The notes under the pieces: model-generated | What the model was told of the DNA's origin: nothing | Databases searched by the model: none | The model's input: only the letters and a program-made list of their open reading frames with translations | In this document: positions 9,051 to 17,845 of the stretch, in pieces | How the letters are laid out: each line of letters begins with the position of its first letter | Position numbering within the stretch: the first letter of the stretch is position 1 | Position numbers and translations under genes: made by a program | Source: Candidatus Subterrananammoxibius californiae | GTDB lineage: Bacteria > Planctomycetota > Brocadiia > Brocadiales > Subterrananammoxibiaceae | Assembly (NCBI GenBank): GCA_030586555.1 | Contig: JAURAC010000008.1 | Coordinates: forward strand, 26,582 to 90,581 | Direction of reading: 5' to 3' | DNA: 64,000 nucleotides

Positions 9051-9866
9051 ATGTGGCGATACATAGAAGACAATAACGTTTCTGCAAGCTTTGGCTTAGC
9101 AGCGGATGAATATTTGGTTACTGCGTTTAATCCCCCTCACCCTAACCCTCTCCCTCAAGGGGAGAGGGAAGGGAGAGGGTCTGGCATCCTGAGACTCTAT
9201 ACATACAAATCGCACTGTGCCCTTGTGGGAAGGTTCCAGGACGTAGAAAAGGAGCTTAACCTTGAGGAATGCAAAAGGCGTGGAATTGCAGTTAATCGCC
9301 GCCCCACAGGAGGCGGCGCAATACTTATGGGTGAAGACCAGTTGGGGATTGCCATCGTTAGCCCTCTCCTTGAAGAAAGTAGGGGCACGGCATGCCGTGC
9401 CCCTACAATTTTATTTGAAACCTACTCGAAAGGAGTTGCTTTGGGTCTCAGGAGGCTTGGAATTGAGGCAGAGTTTCGACCAAAGAATGACATGCTGGTC
9501 AATGGCAAGAAAATTGCTGGTCTCGCCCTCTTCGTAGAAGATAATAACAACATGCTATTCCATGCAAGCGTTCTTTTAGATATGGATATATCACTCATGT
9601 TAAGTGTGCTAAACATATCGCAGGGAAAATTATCTGGTAAAGGTATAAATACTGCGGGTGGAAGGATAACCACTGTTGCCAAGGAACTTGGCAGGAAGGT
9701 ATTTATGCGAGAACTCAGGGATGCAATAAAGCTCGGCTTTCAGGATGCATTCGCTGTGGAATTTAACCACGAACCTTTTAATGTTAATGAAATTACAGCA
9801 ATCAAGAAGTTGGAGGAGAGAAAATATAAGGCGAGCGACTGGGTATATAACAGCCTCGACACTTGA
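9051..9866 (+). CDS. Lipoate:protein ligase catalytic domain (Lpl A-type, no C-terminal accessory domain)
   Basis: VGRFQ, RRPTGGGA, NDMLVNGKKIAG, FHASVL; carries two in-frame repeats. Confidence 0.88.
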   Translation: MWRYIEDNNVSASFGLAADEYLVTAFNPPHPNPLPQGEREGRGSGILRLYTYKSHCALVGRFQDVEKELNLEECKRRGIAVNRRPTGGGAILMGEDQLGIAIVSPLLEESRGTACRAPTILFETYSKGVALGLRRLGIEAEFRPKNDMLVNGKKIAGLALFVEDNNNMLFHASVLLDMDISLMLSVLNISQGKLSGKGINTAGGRITTVAKELGRKVFMRELRDAIKLGFQDAFAVEFNHEPFNVNEITAIKKLEERKYKASDWVYNSLDT

Positions 9867-9972
9867 GCCGTTTCCTCATCTTGGTGGTATAAGGTAGGCT
9901 GAAGGTCTAAAATTAAATTTACTAAGCTCACAAAACGTTAAAATATCATGTGATTTGTAAGATTCAATAGAG

Positions 9973-10230
9973 GTGTCCAATTTGGCTATAAAAAGAACGC
10001 GCATTATTATACCTGAAGACCTTGTACAAAGCATTGATGCCCTTGTTGGAAAGAGGAAACGGAGTAAATTTATTACAGAGGCAGCAAAGAAGGAATTAAG
10101 TCGCCTGAGGCTGCTAAGGGCTCTCGATAAAGCTAAAGGCACCTGGTTAGACAAAGACCATCCCGAGCTTGTGCGAAAAGGCGGTACCTACAAGTGGGTG
10201 AGAGACCTTCGGAAGATTTGTGAAAGATGA
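9973..10230 (+). CDS. Orphan ribbon-helix-helix (CopG/VapB-like) antitoxin
   Basis: RT.I.IPEDLV..ID.LVG...RS.FI.EA pattern; no toxin follows. Confidence 0.7.
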   Translation: MSNLAIKRTRIIIPEDLVQSIDALVGKRKRSKFITEAAKKELSRLRLLRALDKAKGTWLDKDHPELVRKGGTYKWVRDLRKICER

Positions 10231-11321
10231 TAGAAAGCACAAATAGTTACCCCGAATACATTCGCACAAGTCTTGCCTCCGCTATTGCGCTGAGGTTTAG
10301 GTCTGGAAGGTTTTATCGGGATGTAAAACCTTATTGTGTTAACCTGCTGCTTACCTATCCTGATTACTGCTACGCCAACTGCGCATACTGCGGTCTGGCA
10401 CGAACAAGACCTGCCAATGAGGGGAATAAGTCATTCATCCGCGTAGAATGGCCTGTACTTCACACATCGAAGGTAATAGAAAGGATTGCTAAATACCAGC
10501 AAAATATAAGGCGTGTTTGCGTTTCCATGGTGTCGCATCCGATGGCGGTGAGTGATACACTAAATATTACAAAGGCTATTTCACGGTCAAGCCAGATACC
10601 AATATCGGTTTTAATTGCTCCAAATCTCATCAACGAAGAGGGACTCTTAAAATTGAAAGATTCAGGAGCCGATACGGTTGGGATTGGTCTCGATGCGGCA
10701 TCAAAAGGGGTATTTGAACGAACAAGGGGAAAGGGCGTAAAAGGTTCTTTATCATGGGAAAACTATTGGGACGTTTTGGGAAGAGCCGTAAGGATATTTG
10801 GTCTTAATAAGGTAAGTTGTCACATAATTGTAGGAATTGGCGAAACCGACAGGGAACTTGCCGATATATTCTTCAAGATTCATGAACTTGGAGCGCTAAT
10901 TCATCTCTTTTCATTCTATCCAGAGCCTGATTCTAATATGTCAAAGAGGAGAAGGCCCTCGCTCAAACGCTTTAGAAGGGTTCAATTGCTCAGACATCTT
11001 GTCGAAACAAACTGTATCGAACCAGAAGCTTTAGAATTTGGCGCATCAGGAAAAAACATTGGAATTAAGACTTCTAATGGTAAAATAAAAGAGGCGATTG
11101 AAAGCGGTTTGCCATTCGTAACAGGCGGTTGTTGCAGCCGGGGCGCCCAAGCAGTGCTTGGGTCGGGCGATATAGCATGTAACCGCCCGTTTGGAAGCTA
11201 TCGGCCTGGTGAGCCGTTCAGGGATTTCCCATTTCATCCGGAGCCGCATGATATAACAAATGTAAGGAAAGAACTGCATCTGGAGGAAATAGCGGTAGAC
11301 AACGAGGTTTTACCTCGTTGA
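10227..11321 (+). CDS. lipS2: Radical SAM lipoyl synthase subunit LipS2
   Basis: CYANCAYC; C-terminal TGGC...ACNRP, an expanded form of the LipS2 TxGCPxC(N/D)RP motif. Confidence 0.8.
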   Translation: MIESTNSYPEYIRTSLASAIALRFRSGRFYRDVKPYCVNLLLTYPDYCYANCAYCGLARTRPANEGNKSFIRVEWPVLHTSKVIERIAKYQQNIRRVCVSMVSHPMAVSDTLNITKAISRSSQIPISVLIAPNLINEEGLLKLKDSGADTVGIGLDAASKGVFERTRGKGVKGSLSWENYWDVLGRAVRIFGLNKVSCHIIVGIGETDRELADIFFKIHELGALIHLFSFYPEPDSNMSKRRRPSLKRFRRVQLLRHLVETNCIEPEALEFGASGKNIGIKTSNGKIKEAIESGLPFVTGGCCSRGAQAVLGSGDIACNRPFGSYRPGEPFRDFPFHPEPHDITNVRKELHLEEIAVDNEVLPR

Positions 11322-11353
11322 AAAATCAACGAACATAAAGTTCGTTGTCTACC
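11294..11353. repeat. REP doublet overlapping the lipS2 3' end
   Basis: GGTAGACAACGAGG...CGTTGTCTACC with two internal hairpins; inverted relative at 41431-41493. Confidence 0.85.
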
Positions 11354-11379
11354 GTGGGAGCGGGGAAAGGTAGGAATAA

Positions 11380-11688
11380 ATGTCCGAAAAGCTTGGTATC
11401 TTATTAACAACGAGTACTGAAAGTGAAAATGCCCACACCGTGGTAAAGCTTGCGGAAGCGGCGATTTCCACGGGTAAAGAGGTCAGTATCTTCCTTATGT
11501 GTGACGGGGTTTACAATATTAACGACCCGAGGTTTAAGGCGCTTGCCGATAAGGGTGTCAGGGTCATTGTGTGTGCGCATAACGCAATTGAACGTAAACA
11601 GGAAAGGAAAGATTTCGTTATTTGGGGCAGCCAGTACGACAATGCAACCGTGGTAAAGGAGTGCGACCGCTTTTTAGCATTTAATTAA
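11380..11688 (+). CDS. DsrE/TusD-like sulfurtransferase
   Basis: V.IFL..DGVY and conserved Cys in VIVCAHNA..R. Confidence 0.8.
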   Translation: MSEKLGILLTTSTESENAHTVVKLAEAAISTGKEVSIFLMCDGVYNINDPRFKALADKGVRVIVCAHNAIERKQERKDFVIWGSQYDNATVVKECDRFLAFN

Positions 11689-11689
11689 T

Positions 11690-12034
11690 ATGAAAAATGT
11701 AGTGGTAATAACCAGAAGCTCCCCCTTTAATACAGTGCGCAACTCTGAAGCGCTGCGCATGACCGTGGGGCTTACTTTAGAGGATAATAAAATTACCGTC
11801 ATATTTCTTGAGGACGGGGTTTATCTTCTTGGGGAAACTAATCCAAAGGTTATATCATCGGGGGAAATACATAAGCATATAGATACACTTCGACTACTCA
11901 AGCATACGCTTGTTGCCGAGAAGGAATCGTTAGATTCAAGACATATTGAAAAATTAAAATACAACGTAAAAATCCTGACACGTGCAGAGATTGCTGATAC
12001 TATTTCGAAGGCTGATGTCGTAATACCATGGTAA
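11690..12034 (+). CDS. DsrF/TusC-like protein
   Basis: SPF......EALR, VIFLEDGVY, ESL..R. Confidence 0.78.
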   Translation: MKNVVVITRSSPFNTVRNSEALRMTVGLTLEDNKITVIFLEDGVYLLGETNPKVISSGEIHKHIDTLRLLKHTLVAEKESLDSRHIEKLKYNVKILTRAEIADTISKADVVIPW

Positions 12035-12036
12035 AT

Positions 12037-12297
12037 ATGCGTATCCTTCATATTGTAAAATCCAAATATGATACCCTTGCTTTCTCAATGGCAAAGGAAC
12101 AGGCAATAGCCAATGACGTTTCTATACTCCTTTTGCATGATGCCGTTCTTATTGATAAAGGCAAACTAAATGGCTTAAAGGCATTTGCCTGCAAGGATGA
12201 CGTTCTGGCAAGAGGTATAGAAACAAAGTGCCAACAGGTAGATTATTTAGAAATTGTAAATCTTATATTTAGTAATGAAAAGGTGATGAGCTGGTGA
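12037..12297 (+). CDS. DsrH/TusB-like protein
   Basis: LHIVKS, LLLHDAV, DDVLARG, VDY.EIV.LI, ends SW. Confidence 0.8.
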   Translation: MRILHIVKSKYDTLAFSMAKEQAIANDVSILLLHDAVLIDKGKLNGLKAFACKDDVLARGIETKCQQVDYLEIVNLIFSNEKVMSW

Positions 12298-12737
12298 ACA
12301 CCAAAAATTTAAAGAGTAGTAAAGGCTGCTGGTATAGCGACGGTTTGCATTTTAAGTGCCAGAGATGCGGCAAATGCTGCCGGGGCGAGCCTGGATATAT
12401 ATGGGTTTCAAAAGGGGAGATTAAAAAAATCGCTAATTACCTGGGTATTTCTTTAGATGCGTTTGGAAGAAAATACTTAAAAAAGGTCAACGGCAGGTAT
12501 AGTTTAGTTGAATTTACTAATGGAGATTGCATGATGTATGATAACGGTTGTAACATATACCCTGTACGACCCTGCCAATGTGCCACATTCCCATTCTGGC
12601 AAAAAAATCTGCGAACACCCGCAGATTGGAAAAAGGTTATCCAAATTTGCCCCGGTGTTAGTGACGGACCCCTTTATACCCAGAAAGAAATTCAGAATAT
12701 AGTCGAAATTCAACAAAGATATGACTCCCAAGAATAA
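12294..12737 (+). CDS. YkgJ-family cysteine cluster protein
   Basis: CQRCGKCC, C..Y...C.IY..RP.QC.TFPFW, CPG. Confidence 0.85.
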   Translation: MNTKNLKSSKGCWYSDGLHFKCQRCGKCCRGEPGYIWVSKGEIKKIANYLGISLDAFGRKYLKKVNGRYSLVEFTNGDCMMYDNGCNIYPVRPCQCATFPFWQKNLRTPADWKKVIQICPGVSDGPLYTQKEIQNIVEIQQRYDSQE

Positions 12738-13170
12738 AATAGAACTGAAATTGCAAAGGATTTATAAGGAGCTTGATGAGGAGTTAGCATCCGCCTCAGG
12801 CGGATCACCCGGCTGTGATGCCTGCGGTGAATGCTGCAATTTTGCCAAGTTTGACCATGTCCTTTATGCAACAACCATTGAGGTGGATTATATTAAAAGA
12901 AATGTTTCAGAAGTAGGGGCACGTTGCAACGTGCCCCTACAATCCGCCTCAGACGGATCCCACAAAGACGTTTGTCCCTTTCTTGTAGACAAAAAATGTT
13001 CAATCAGAGATTATCGCACACTTGGCTGCAGGGTGTTTTTCTGCAATCCAAATTACCAACGGAATCTGTCGCAGGAAATTTACAATAAATACTATCGCAA
13101 AATAAAGGACTTAGCCAATACGCACGATTTAGAATGGCGTTATGCACCTTTTCTGGAGTTGCTTTATTAA
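12721..13170 (+). CDS. YkgJ-like cysteine cluster protein
   Basis: CDACGECC, CPFL...CSI..YR..GCR.FFC; contains three in-frame palindromes. Confidence 0.75.
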   Translation: MTPKNKIELKLQRIYKELDEELASASGGSPGCDACGECCNFAKFDHVLYATTIEVDYIKRNVSEVGARCNVPLQSASDGSHKDVCPFLVDKKCSIRDYRTLGCRVFFCNPNYQRNLSQEIYNKYYRKIKDLANTHDLEWRYAPFLELLY

Positions 13171-13358
13171 GCATAGAAGTAGGTTAAAATACCTGCCTGC
13201 CACCCGTTGGACAGGGAGAAAGAAATTTTCCTAAAAACCTTTGCACAAAGCACAGCATGTGGTATAATAATATCAAATTTTGTAGCCGCAAACCTTGATT
13301 CTTTTTTAAATCAAATTGGATACACTGAGGCGTCATAAAAGTGGTGAGGATAAAGTCT

Positions 13359-13577
13359 ATGAAATTTAAAGTGGTAATAATATACGACCCTGAATACGAT
13401 GGCTATGTAGTAGATGTCCCTGAGCTTGCTGGCTGCATGAGTCAAGGCAAGACAATAGACGAAGCATTAACTAACATAAAGGATGCCATTAAGGGATGGC
13501 TGCATGTAGAAGAAAAACATGGTAGAGCAGTTATTCGTGAAACAGGAGAAGTTTTTTTAGGAGAGGTTACCGTTTAG
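13359..13577 (+). CDS. hicB: HicB-family antitoxin
   Basis: GYVVDVPELAGCMSQGKTIDEAL.NIKDAI. Confidence 0.9.
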   Translation: MKFKVVIIYDPEYDGYVVDVPELAGCMSQGKTIDEALTNIKDAIKGWLHVEEKHGRAVIRETGEVFLGEVTV

Positions 13578-13712
13578 TTGGGAAGACTTGCCAACATTTC
13601 TGGTAAAGACGCTGTAAAGATTTTTCAGAAGTTTGGCTATATATTAGACCATCAGACAGGTAGTCATATGATACTTTACCATGAATCGCGGCAAACATCG
13701 CCGCGCCGCTGA
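13578..13712 (+). pseudogene. hicA: Truncated HicA toxin
   Basis: MGRLANISGKDAVKIFQKFGYILDHQTGSHMILYH (GSH motif), then runs into an attC half-site; C-terminal half missing. Confidence 0.85.
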
Positions 13713-13744
13713 AGGCGAGCGTTAGCCACCTTGGACGAATAACC

Positions 13745-15067
13745 ATGAAGAATAATAAGACAGCTGAATTTTACGATATTGCGCTTTCATTCGCCGGAGA
13801 AAATAGAAATTATGTTGAAAAGCTTGCAAACGTTCTTAGATCAAGAAAAGTAAATGTATTCTACGATCTATTCAAGAAGGTAGATCTTTGGGGGAAAGAC
13901 CTCTATCAATATCTAAGCGAGATATATCAGAATAAGGCCGTTTATACTGTTATTTTCATTTCTAAGCATTACAAAAGTAAGCATTGGGCAAATCACGAGC
14001 TAAGGAGCGCACAGGCCCGTGCATTCGAAGACAACGAGGAATATATATTGCCTGCTAAATTCGATGACACCGAGATACCTGGGATTAGAAAAACAACAGG
14101 CTATGTAGATTTAAATTCAACAACTCCAGATGAATTAGCTTCTATGATCTGTCAAAAACTTGATGATATGGCGAAGCATTTTGCAGATCTAAGGTATATA
14201 GACGATATTGGTTCACTATACGAACTTTCCCTAAATAAGCTCTTGGCGGTTACAGAGTGGTGTTATAGGAATGAAAAGTATCAAGAGGTGATTAAGTTAA
14301 GCGGGAAAGTGGATTTCTTCCTTCAGAAGGAGATCCAGTGGACGAAAAGGAAGAAATATCTAAATATGGCACTTCAGGCTGCAAATAACTTAGGGCAAGA
14401 AAGTCTGGTTTTTGGATTTAAGCGAAATATCGCAACTATAGCTATGAATCAAGGGGATTTTAATGAATCACTTAAACTATCTGAAGAGGTCGCTACTATT
14501 GCAGAAAAACATCGAGATAATAGCGAAATCTTTGATGCGTATCATGCTATAGGCAGGGTTTATGAAGCAAAAGGGGATTATGAAAAGGCTACTAAGTCTT
14601 ATACTAAGGCACTGGATATATCAAGAAGCTTCTTATCTGAGAGAAACTCTTCAAATACAATTCATGAGTTAGCAGTGGTTATGTATCGAATGAAACAATA
14701 TAAGAAAGCTGAGGAACTTTATAAAGAGGCTATAGAAATTGCGAACATGACAGGTTTCGACTTCATTAAATCGTGCAGCTTACACGGGCTTGGCCTTCTT
14801 TATCAGTATACAAGCTCTGGAATGCAGAATATAGAACTATCTGAAGAATATTATATAAAGAGTCTCGAAATAAAGAAAAAGGCAAATGATCAGGAAGAAA
14901 TAGCTCGAACCGAATATCAGTTGGCAGATCTATATTATGAATCAGGTAAATATAAGGATGCGCTGGATCTCATTAAGCATTGTGTAAATGTTTTTGAGAA
15001 AACAGATCATCGGTATCTCGGTCAGGCAAGATTTCTAATGTCGCAGATATCAGAAAAGTGTAGTTAA
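13745..15067 (+). CDS. TIR domain-TPR protein, candidate anti-phage NADase
   Basis: YDIALSFAGE.R, VFYD, W...EL catalytic Glu (WANHEL); C-terminal TPR repeats. Confidence 0.85.
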   Translation: MKNNKTAEFYDIALSFAGENRNYVEKLANVLRSRKVNVFYDLFKKVDLWGKDLYQYLSEIYQNKAVYTVIFISKHYKSKHWANHELRSAQARAFEDNEEYILPAKFDDTEIPGIRKTTGYVDLNSTTPDELASMICQKLDDMAKHFADLRYIDDIGSLYELSLNKLLAVTEWCYRNEKYQEVIKLSGKVDFFLQKEIQWTKRKKYLNMALQAANNLGQESLVFGFKRNIATIAMNQGDFNESLKLSEEVATIAEKHRDNSEIFDAYHAIGRVYEAKGDYEKATKSYTKALDISRSFLSERNSSNTIHELAVVMYRMKQYKKAEELYKEAIEIANMTGFDFIKSCSLHGLGLLYQYTSSGMQNIELSEEYYIKSLEIKKKANDQEEIARTEYQLADLYYESGKYKDALDLIKHCVNVFEKTDHRYLGQARFLMSQISEKCS

Positions 15068-15085
15068 GAGAATATAAAACCCTGT

Positions 15086-15144
15086 GGCTAACCATGCCAT
15101 CAACACGGACAGCTAAAAGCTGCCGGTTATGGCAAGCGTTAGCC
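15086..15144 (+). other. attC site (59-base element)
   Basis: GGCTAAC-CATGC-CATCAAC...GTTATG-GCAAGC-GTTAGCC, an imperfect palindrome of 59 bp. Confidence 0.88.
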
Positions 15145-15160
15145 GCATCAGGAGGCACCT

Positions 15161-15275
15161 ATGACCGAAGGGGCGAGAGGACAGCGGCAGACAGTTGATC
15201 GCGAGTCAATCTATGGGACGTCCGCCAGGAGATCCTCGACCAGAAGCGCTGCCAGTTCCAGCTTTTCAGCCTGTT
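15161..15275 (+). pseudogene. Start of a second, truncated integron cassette ORF
   Basis: AGGAGG + ATG directly after attC; GC-rich; ends at a GTCATTGCGAG-family repeat. Confidence 0.5.
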
Positions 15276-15391
15276 GCGAAGCATCTCATCTTAAAATATG
15301 AGATTGCTTCGCTCGCAATGACAATGTAAAGCGATGAGGACTAAGGACTGAGCAATGAGCAACGAGTGATGATTAGGTGTATATGCAGGCT

Positions 15392-15643
15392 TTAATCATT
15401 CTTCTCAATCAGGATTTTCCAGAGGTTTTTTTGTTCTTCAAGAACTTCAATCGGGTAGCCCTTCTTCTCGCAGAAGTTTGGGATGGTGGTTTTTGCGGCA
15501 GGTTCGTAGTCGCAGATAACCTCAAGCACATCCCCTTTTGAAAGTTCTTTCAGGGAATCCCTGGTTTCAATAAGGGTATAGGGGCAAATCTTGCCGGAGA
15601 TATTTATGGAACGAATTGGCTTCTTATCGCTAATGGTTGACAT
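15392..15643 (-). CDS. tusA: TusA/SirA sulfur carrier
   Basis: G.ICPY motif, GDVLEVICD. Confidence 0.88.
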   Translation of the reverse strand: MSTISDKKPIRSINISGKICPYTLIETRDSLKELSKGDVLEVICDYEPAAKTTIPNFCEKKGYPIEVLEEQKNLWKILIEKND

Positions 15644-15682
15644 GGGTAAGTCCCTCAATTAATAGGTTAAGGAAGCGCATGC

Positions 15683-15854
15683 TGTCATTCTGAGCCCTTC
15701 GCCTGTCATTCTGAGCGAAGCGAAGAATCTCATCCTTCCGCTCAGGGTAAACTCCGCAAAGAATCTCAACCCTACACACCCCTTAATCCCCTCTTGATAG
15801 AGGGGAGAAGGGCAGATGCTTCGCTTTGAGACCCTTCGCTTTGCTCAGGGTGAC
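15683..15854. repeat. Composite nested palindromic repeat cluster (GTCATTCTGAGCGAAGCGAAGAATCT family plus CCCCTCTTGATAGAGGGG)
   Basis: Inverted GTCA..CTGAGC / GCTCAGGGTGAC ends; CCCCTCTTGATAGAGGGGAGA also at 24130-24150. Confidence 0.75.
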
Positions 15855-15868
15855 AACGAGCTCTGGAT

Positions 15869-16138
15869 TCATACAAAATTAATAACCTTGTTCGCCGCAA
15901 TGAGGTCCACAAGTTTACTATAATCTATGAGTTCAACGCCTTTCGGCAGACGCTCTTGTAGTCCACGTTTTATAACGTCATCCTTTACCGCGTAAACCTT
16001 AAACTTTGAATCTGTTAATTGTTTTACGTCAAGATATACCCCATCCTGCAATAATACGACCTGACAGCCGGCATCGTTTTTCGCAAGGTTTAAGCCATTT
16101 TTACCTGCAGATTGGTCAAGCATATAAAGATTTGCCAT
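15869..16138 (-). CDS. DsrH/TusB-like protein (second set)
   Basis: VVLLQDGVY, KDDV.KRGL, IDY.KLVDLI. Confidence 0.82.
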   Translation of the reverse strand: MANLYMLDQSAGKNGLNLAKNDAGCQVVLLQDGVYLDVKQLTDSKFKVYAVKDDVIKRGLQERLPKGVELIDYSKLVDLIAANKVINFV

Positions 16139-16260
16139 CGTAACCTCCGCTTACCTTTTTTAAAAAAGGTAAGACCAAAAAACTTTATAATTTTTCAGGA
16201 TATGTACCCTTTCTGAAATATGTTAAAAGTTTCTTGCCTACTTCTTTTCAAAGAAGTAGG

Positions 16261-16611
16261 TTAGAAGCCTATTGTTTGGTCTGCTTCCTGTATGAGTTTT
16301 AACACATCCGAACGTGGGATTACCTTTACGTCTTGAGCAGCTTCTTTTTCTGCAATGCCACGTTCAAGTAATGATTCTCTTTCAACCATTAATTTGCAGC
16401 CTTGCTTTTCAAGCGTCCCGATATATTTTGAAGTATCCTTGCGGTCCACCCCTTTAAGGGCAAAATAAGCGCCATCACCCATATATACAAGGGTTACCTT
16501 ATTTTCGTCAATTCCACTTGTAATACCCACCGCTGCCCGCAAACCTTCCGTGTAATAGATATTGCCGTAAGGTGCATGGTTAATAGTAATAAGCACATTT
16601 TTCTGAGCCAT
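16261..16611 (-). CDS. DsrF/TusC-like protein (second set)
   Basis: HAPYG....EGLR, MGDGAY, ESLLERG. Confidence 0.8.
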   Translation of the reverse strand: MAQKNVLITINHAPYGNIYYTEGLRAAVGITSGIDENKVTLVYMGDGAYFALKGVDRKDTSKYIGTLEKQGCKLMVERESLLERGIAEKEAAQDVKVIPRSDVLKLIQEADQTIGF

Positions 16612-16631
16612 GGTTTGTCTCCATTTAATCT

Positions 16632-16985
16632 TTACAACGTCACAAGTTTATCCACATCGCTAATTATTTGTGCAAAGTCGGGCAATCCGCCGACCGTTAC
16701 GCCAGGGATAAAATCCTTTCCTTTTTCAAGGCCTCTTGCATTAACACAAACTCCACATGCAATAATCTTTGCGCCCTTTTTTGCAAGTTCTGCGAACCTG
16801 TCCTTTGGCATCGTTGGCCAATCGGGAAAAGTTTGATATTTGATAGGGTTATAAACGCCGTCGAGGTAAAGAAACATCGCCACCTCATGCCCCTTGTCTA
16901 AGGCTGCATTTGCAATATTATAGGCAGTCTCCCAGTTTTCAAACTGGAATGGTCCGAGGGTTAGTAACATCCCTATTTTAGCCAT
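16632..16985 (-). CDS. DsrE/TusD-like sulfurtransferase (second set)
   Basis: KGHEV.MFLYLDGVY, ACGVC..ARG; RBS GGAGG before MAKIG. Confidence 0.85.
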   Translation of the reverse strand: MAKIGMLLTLGPFQFENWETAYNIANAALDKGHEVAMFLYLDGVYNPIKYQTFPDWPTMPKDRFAELAKKGAKIIACGVCVNARGLEKGKDFIPGVTVGGLPDFAQIISDVDKLVTL

Positions 16986-17006
16986 AACGAATCCTCCTTT
17001 CATTTT

Positions 17007-17843
17007 TTAGAAAGATGGGCAGGTTTGCTTTGAAATTGTAGGCTGAAGCGAGCAGAACTCCTCGTAATCTATTAATTCCGTAATTGTAGGATTATCCCCG
17101 CAAACAGGACATTGAGGGTTGCGCCTTACCTTCACCTTTCTAAAATCCATATCCAATGCATCGTACAGGAGAAGCTGTCCTTTAAGAAGTTTGCCCTTAT
17201 TAAGGATAATCTTAACAACCTCTGTTGCCTGAATTACCCCTATTACTCCCGGCAAAACCCCCAGAACGCCTGCTTCCTGACATGAAGGCACCATCCCCGG
17301 AGGCGGGGGCGTCTCATAAATACATCTAAGGCAAGGTCCGTCACCGGGAATAAAGGTCGTAACCTGACCATCAAATTTGAATATCGAGCCGTGTGAAAGC
17401 GGTTTCTTGAGAAAGACGCACGCATCGTTAACCAGATATCTCGTTGGGAAATTGTCAGAGCCGTCAATAATAACGTCGTAATCGCATATAATATCCATAA
17501 TATTTTCGGATGTAAGACGCTCCGTGTAAGGAATCACCTTTACATCGGGGTTAAGAGCCTCCAATGTTTCCTTAGCCGATAGCGCCTTGGGATAATCAAC
17601 CTTCGTTGTGGAGTGCAGTATTTGACGCTGAAGGTTTGAAAGCTCCACAGTGTCGCAGTCTACAATACCAATCGTTCCAACACCTGCGGCAGCCAGAAAG
17701 TATCCTGCCGGCGAGCCGAGCCCCCCTGCGCCCACCATGAAAACCTTTGCGTTGAGGAGTTTTTTTTGTCCCTTCCCGCCAACCTCCCCGAGAATTATAT
17801 GTCTTGAATAACGTTTTATTTGGTCTTCTGTAAAATCAAGCAT
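17007..17843 (-). CDS. moeB: MoeB/ThiF E1-like adenylyltransferase (no rhodanese domain)
   Basis: RYSRHI, GAGGLG, SNLQRQ, DNF.TRY, CxxC pairs, PSCQEAGV. Confidence 0.9.
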   Translation of the reverse strand: MLDFTEDQIKRYSRHIILGEVGGKGQKKLLNAKVFMVGAGGLGSPAGYFLAAAGVGTIGIVDCDTVELSNLQRQILHSTTKVDYPKALSAKETLEALNPDVKVIPYTERLTSENIMDIICDYDVIIDGSDNFPTRYLVNDACVFLKKPLSHGSIFKFDGQVTTFIPGDGPCLRCIYETPPPPGMVPSCQEAGVLGVLPGVIGVIQATEVVKIILNKGKLLKGQLLLYDALDMDFRKVKVRRNPQCPVCGDNPTITELIDYEEFCSLQPTISKQTCPSF

Positions 17844-17845
17844 CT

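Larger units (their letters stand above)
13721..15144 (+). mobile_element. Orphan integron gene cassette (TIR-TPR) bounded by core site and attC
   Basis: Starts GTTAGCCAC (13721) preceded by an attC 3' half; ends GTGGCTAAC (15084-15092), the exact reverse complement. Confidence 0.85.

Noticed and set aside
13578..15300. Complete integron
   Set aside because: No tyrosine recombinase (intI) or attI in the window; only one full and one half attC
11380..16985. Dissimilatory sulfite reductase (Dsr) pathway
   Set aside because: DsrEFH-like genes alone are not diagnostic; dsrAB and dsrC are absent from the window
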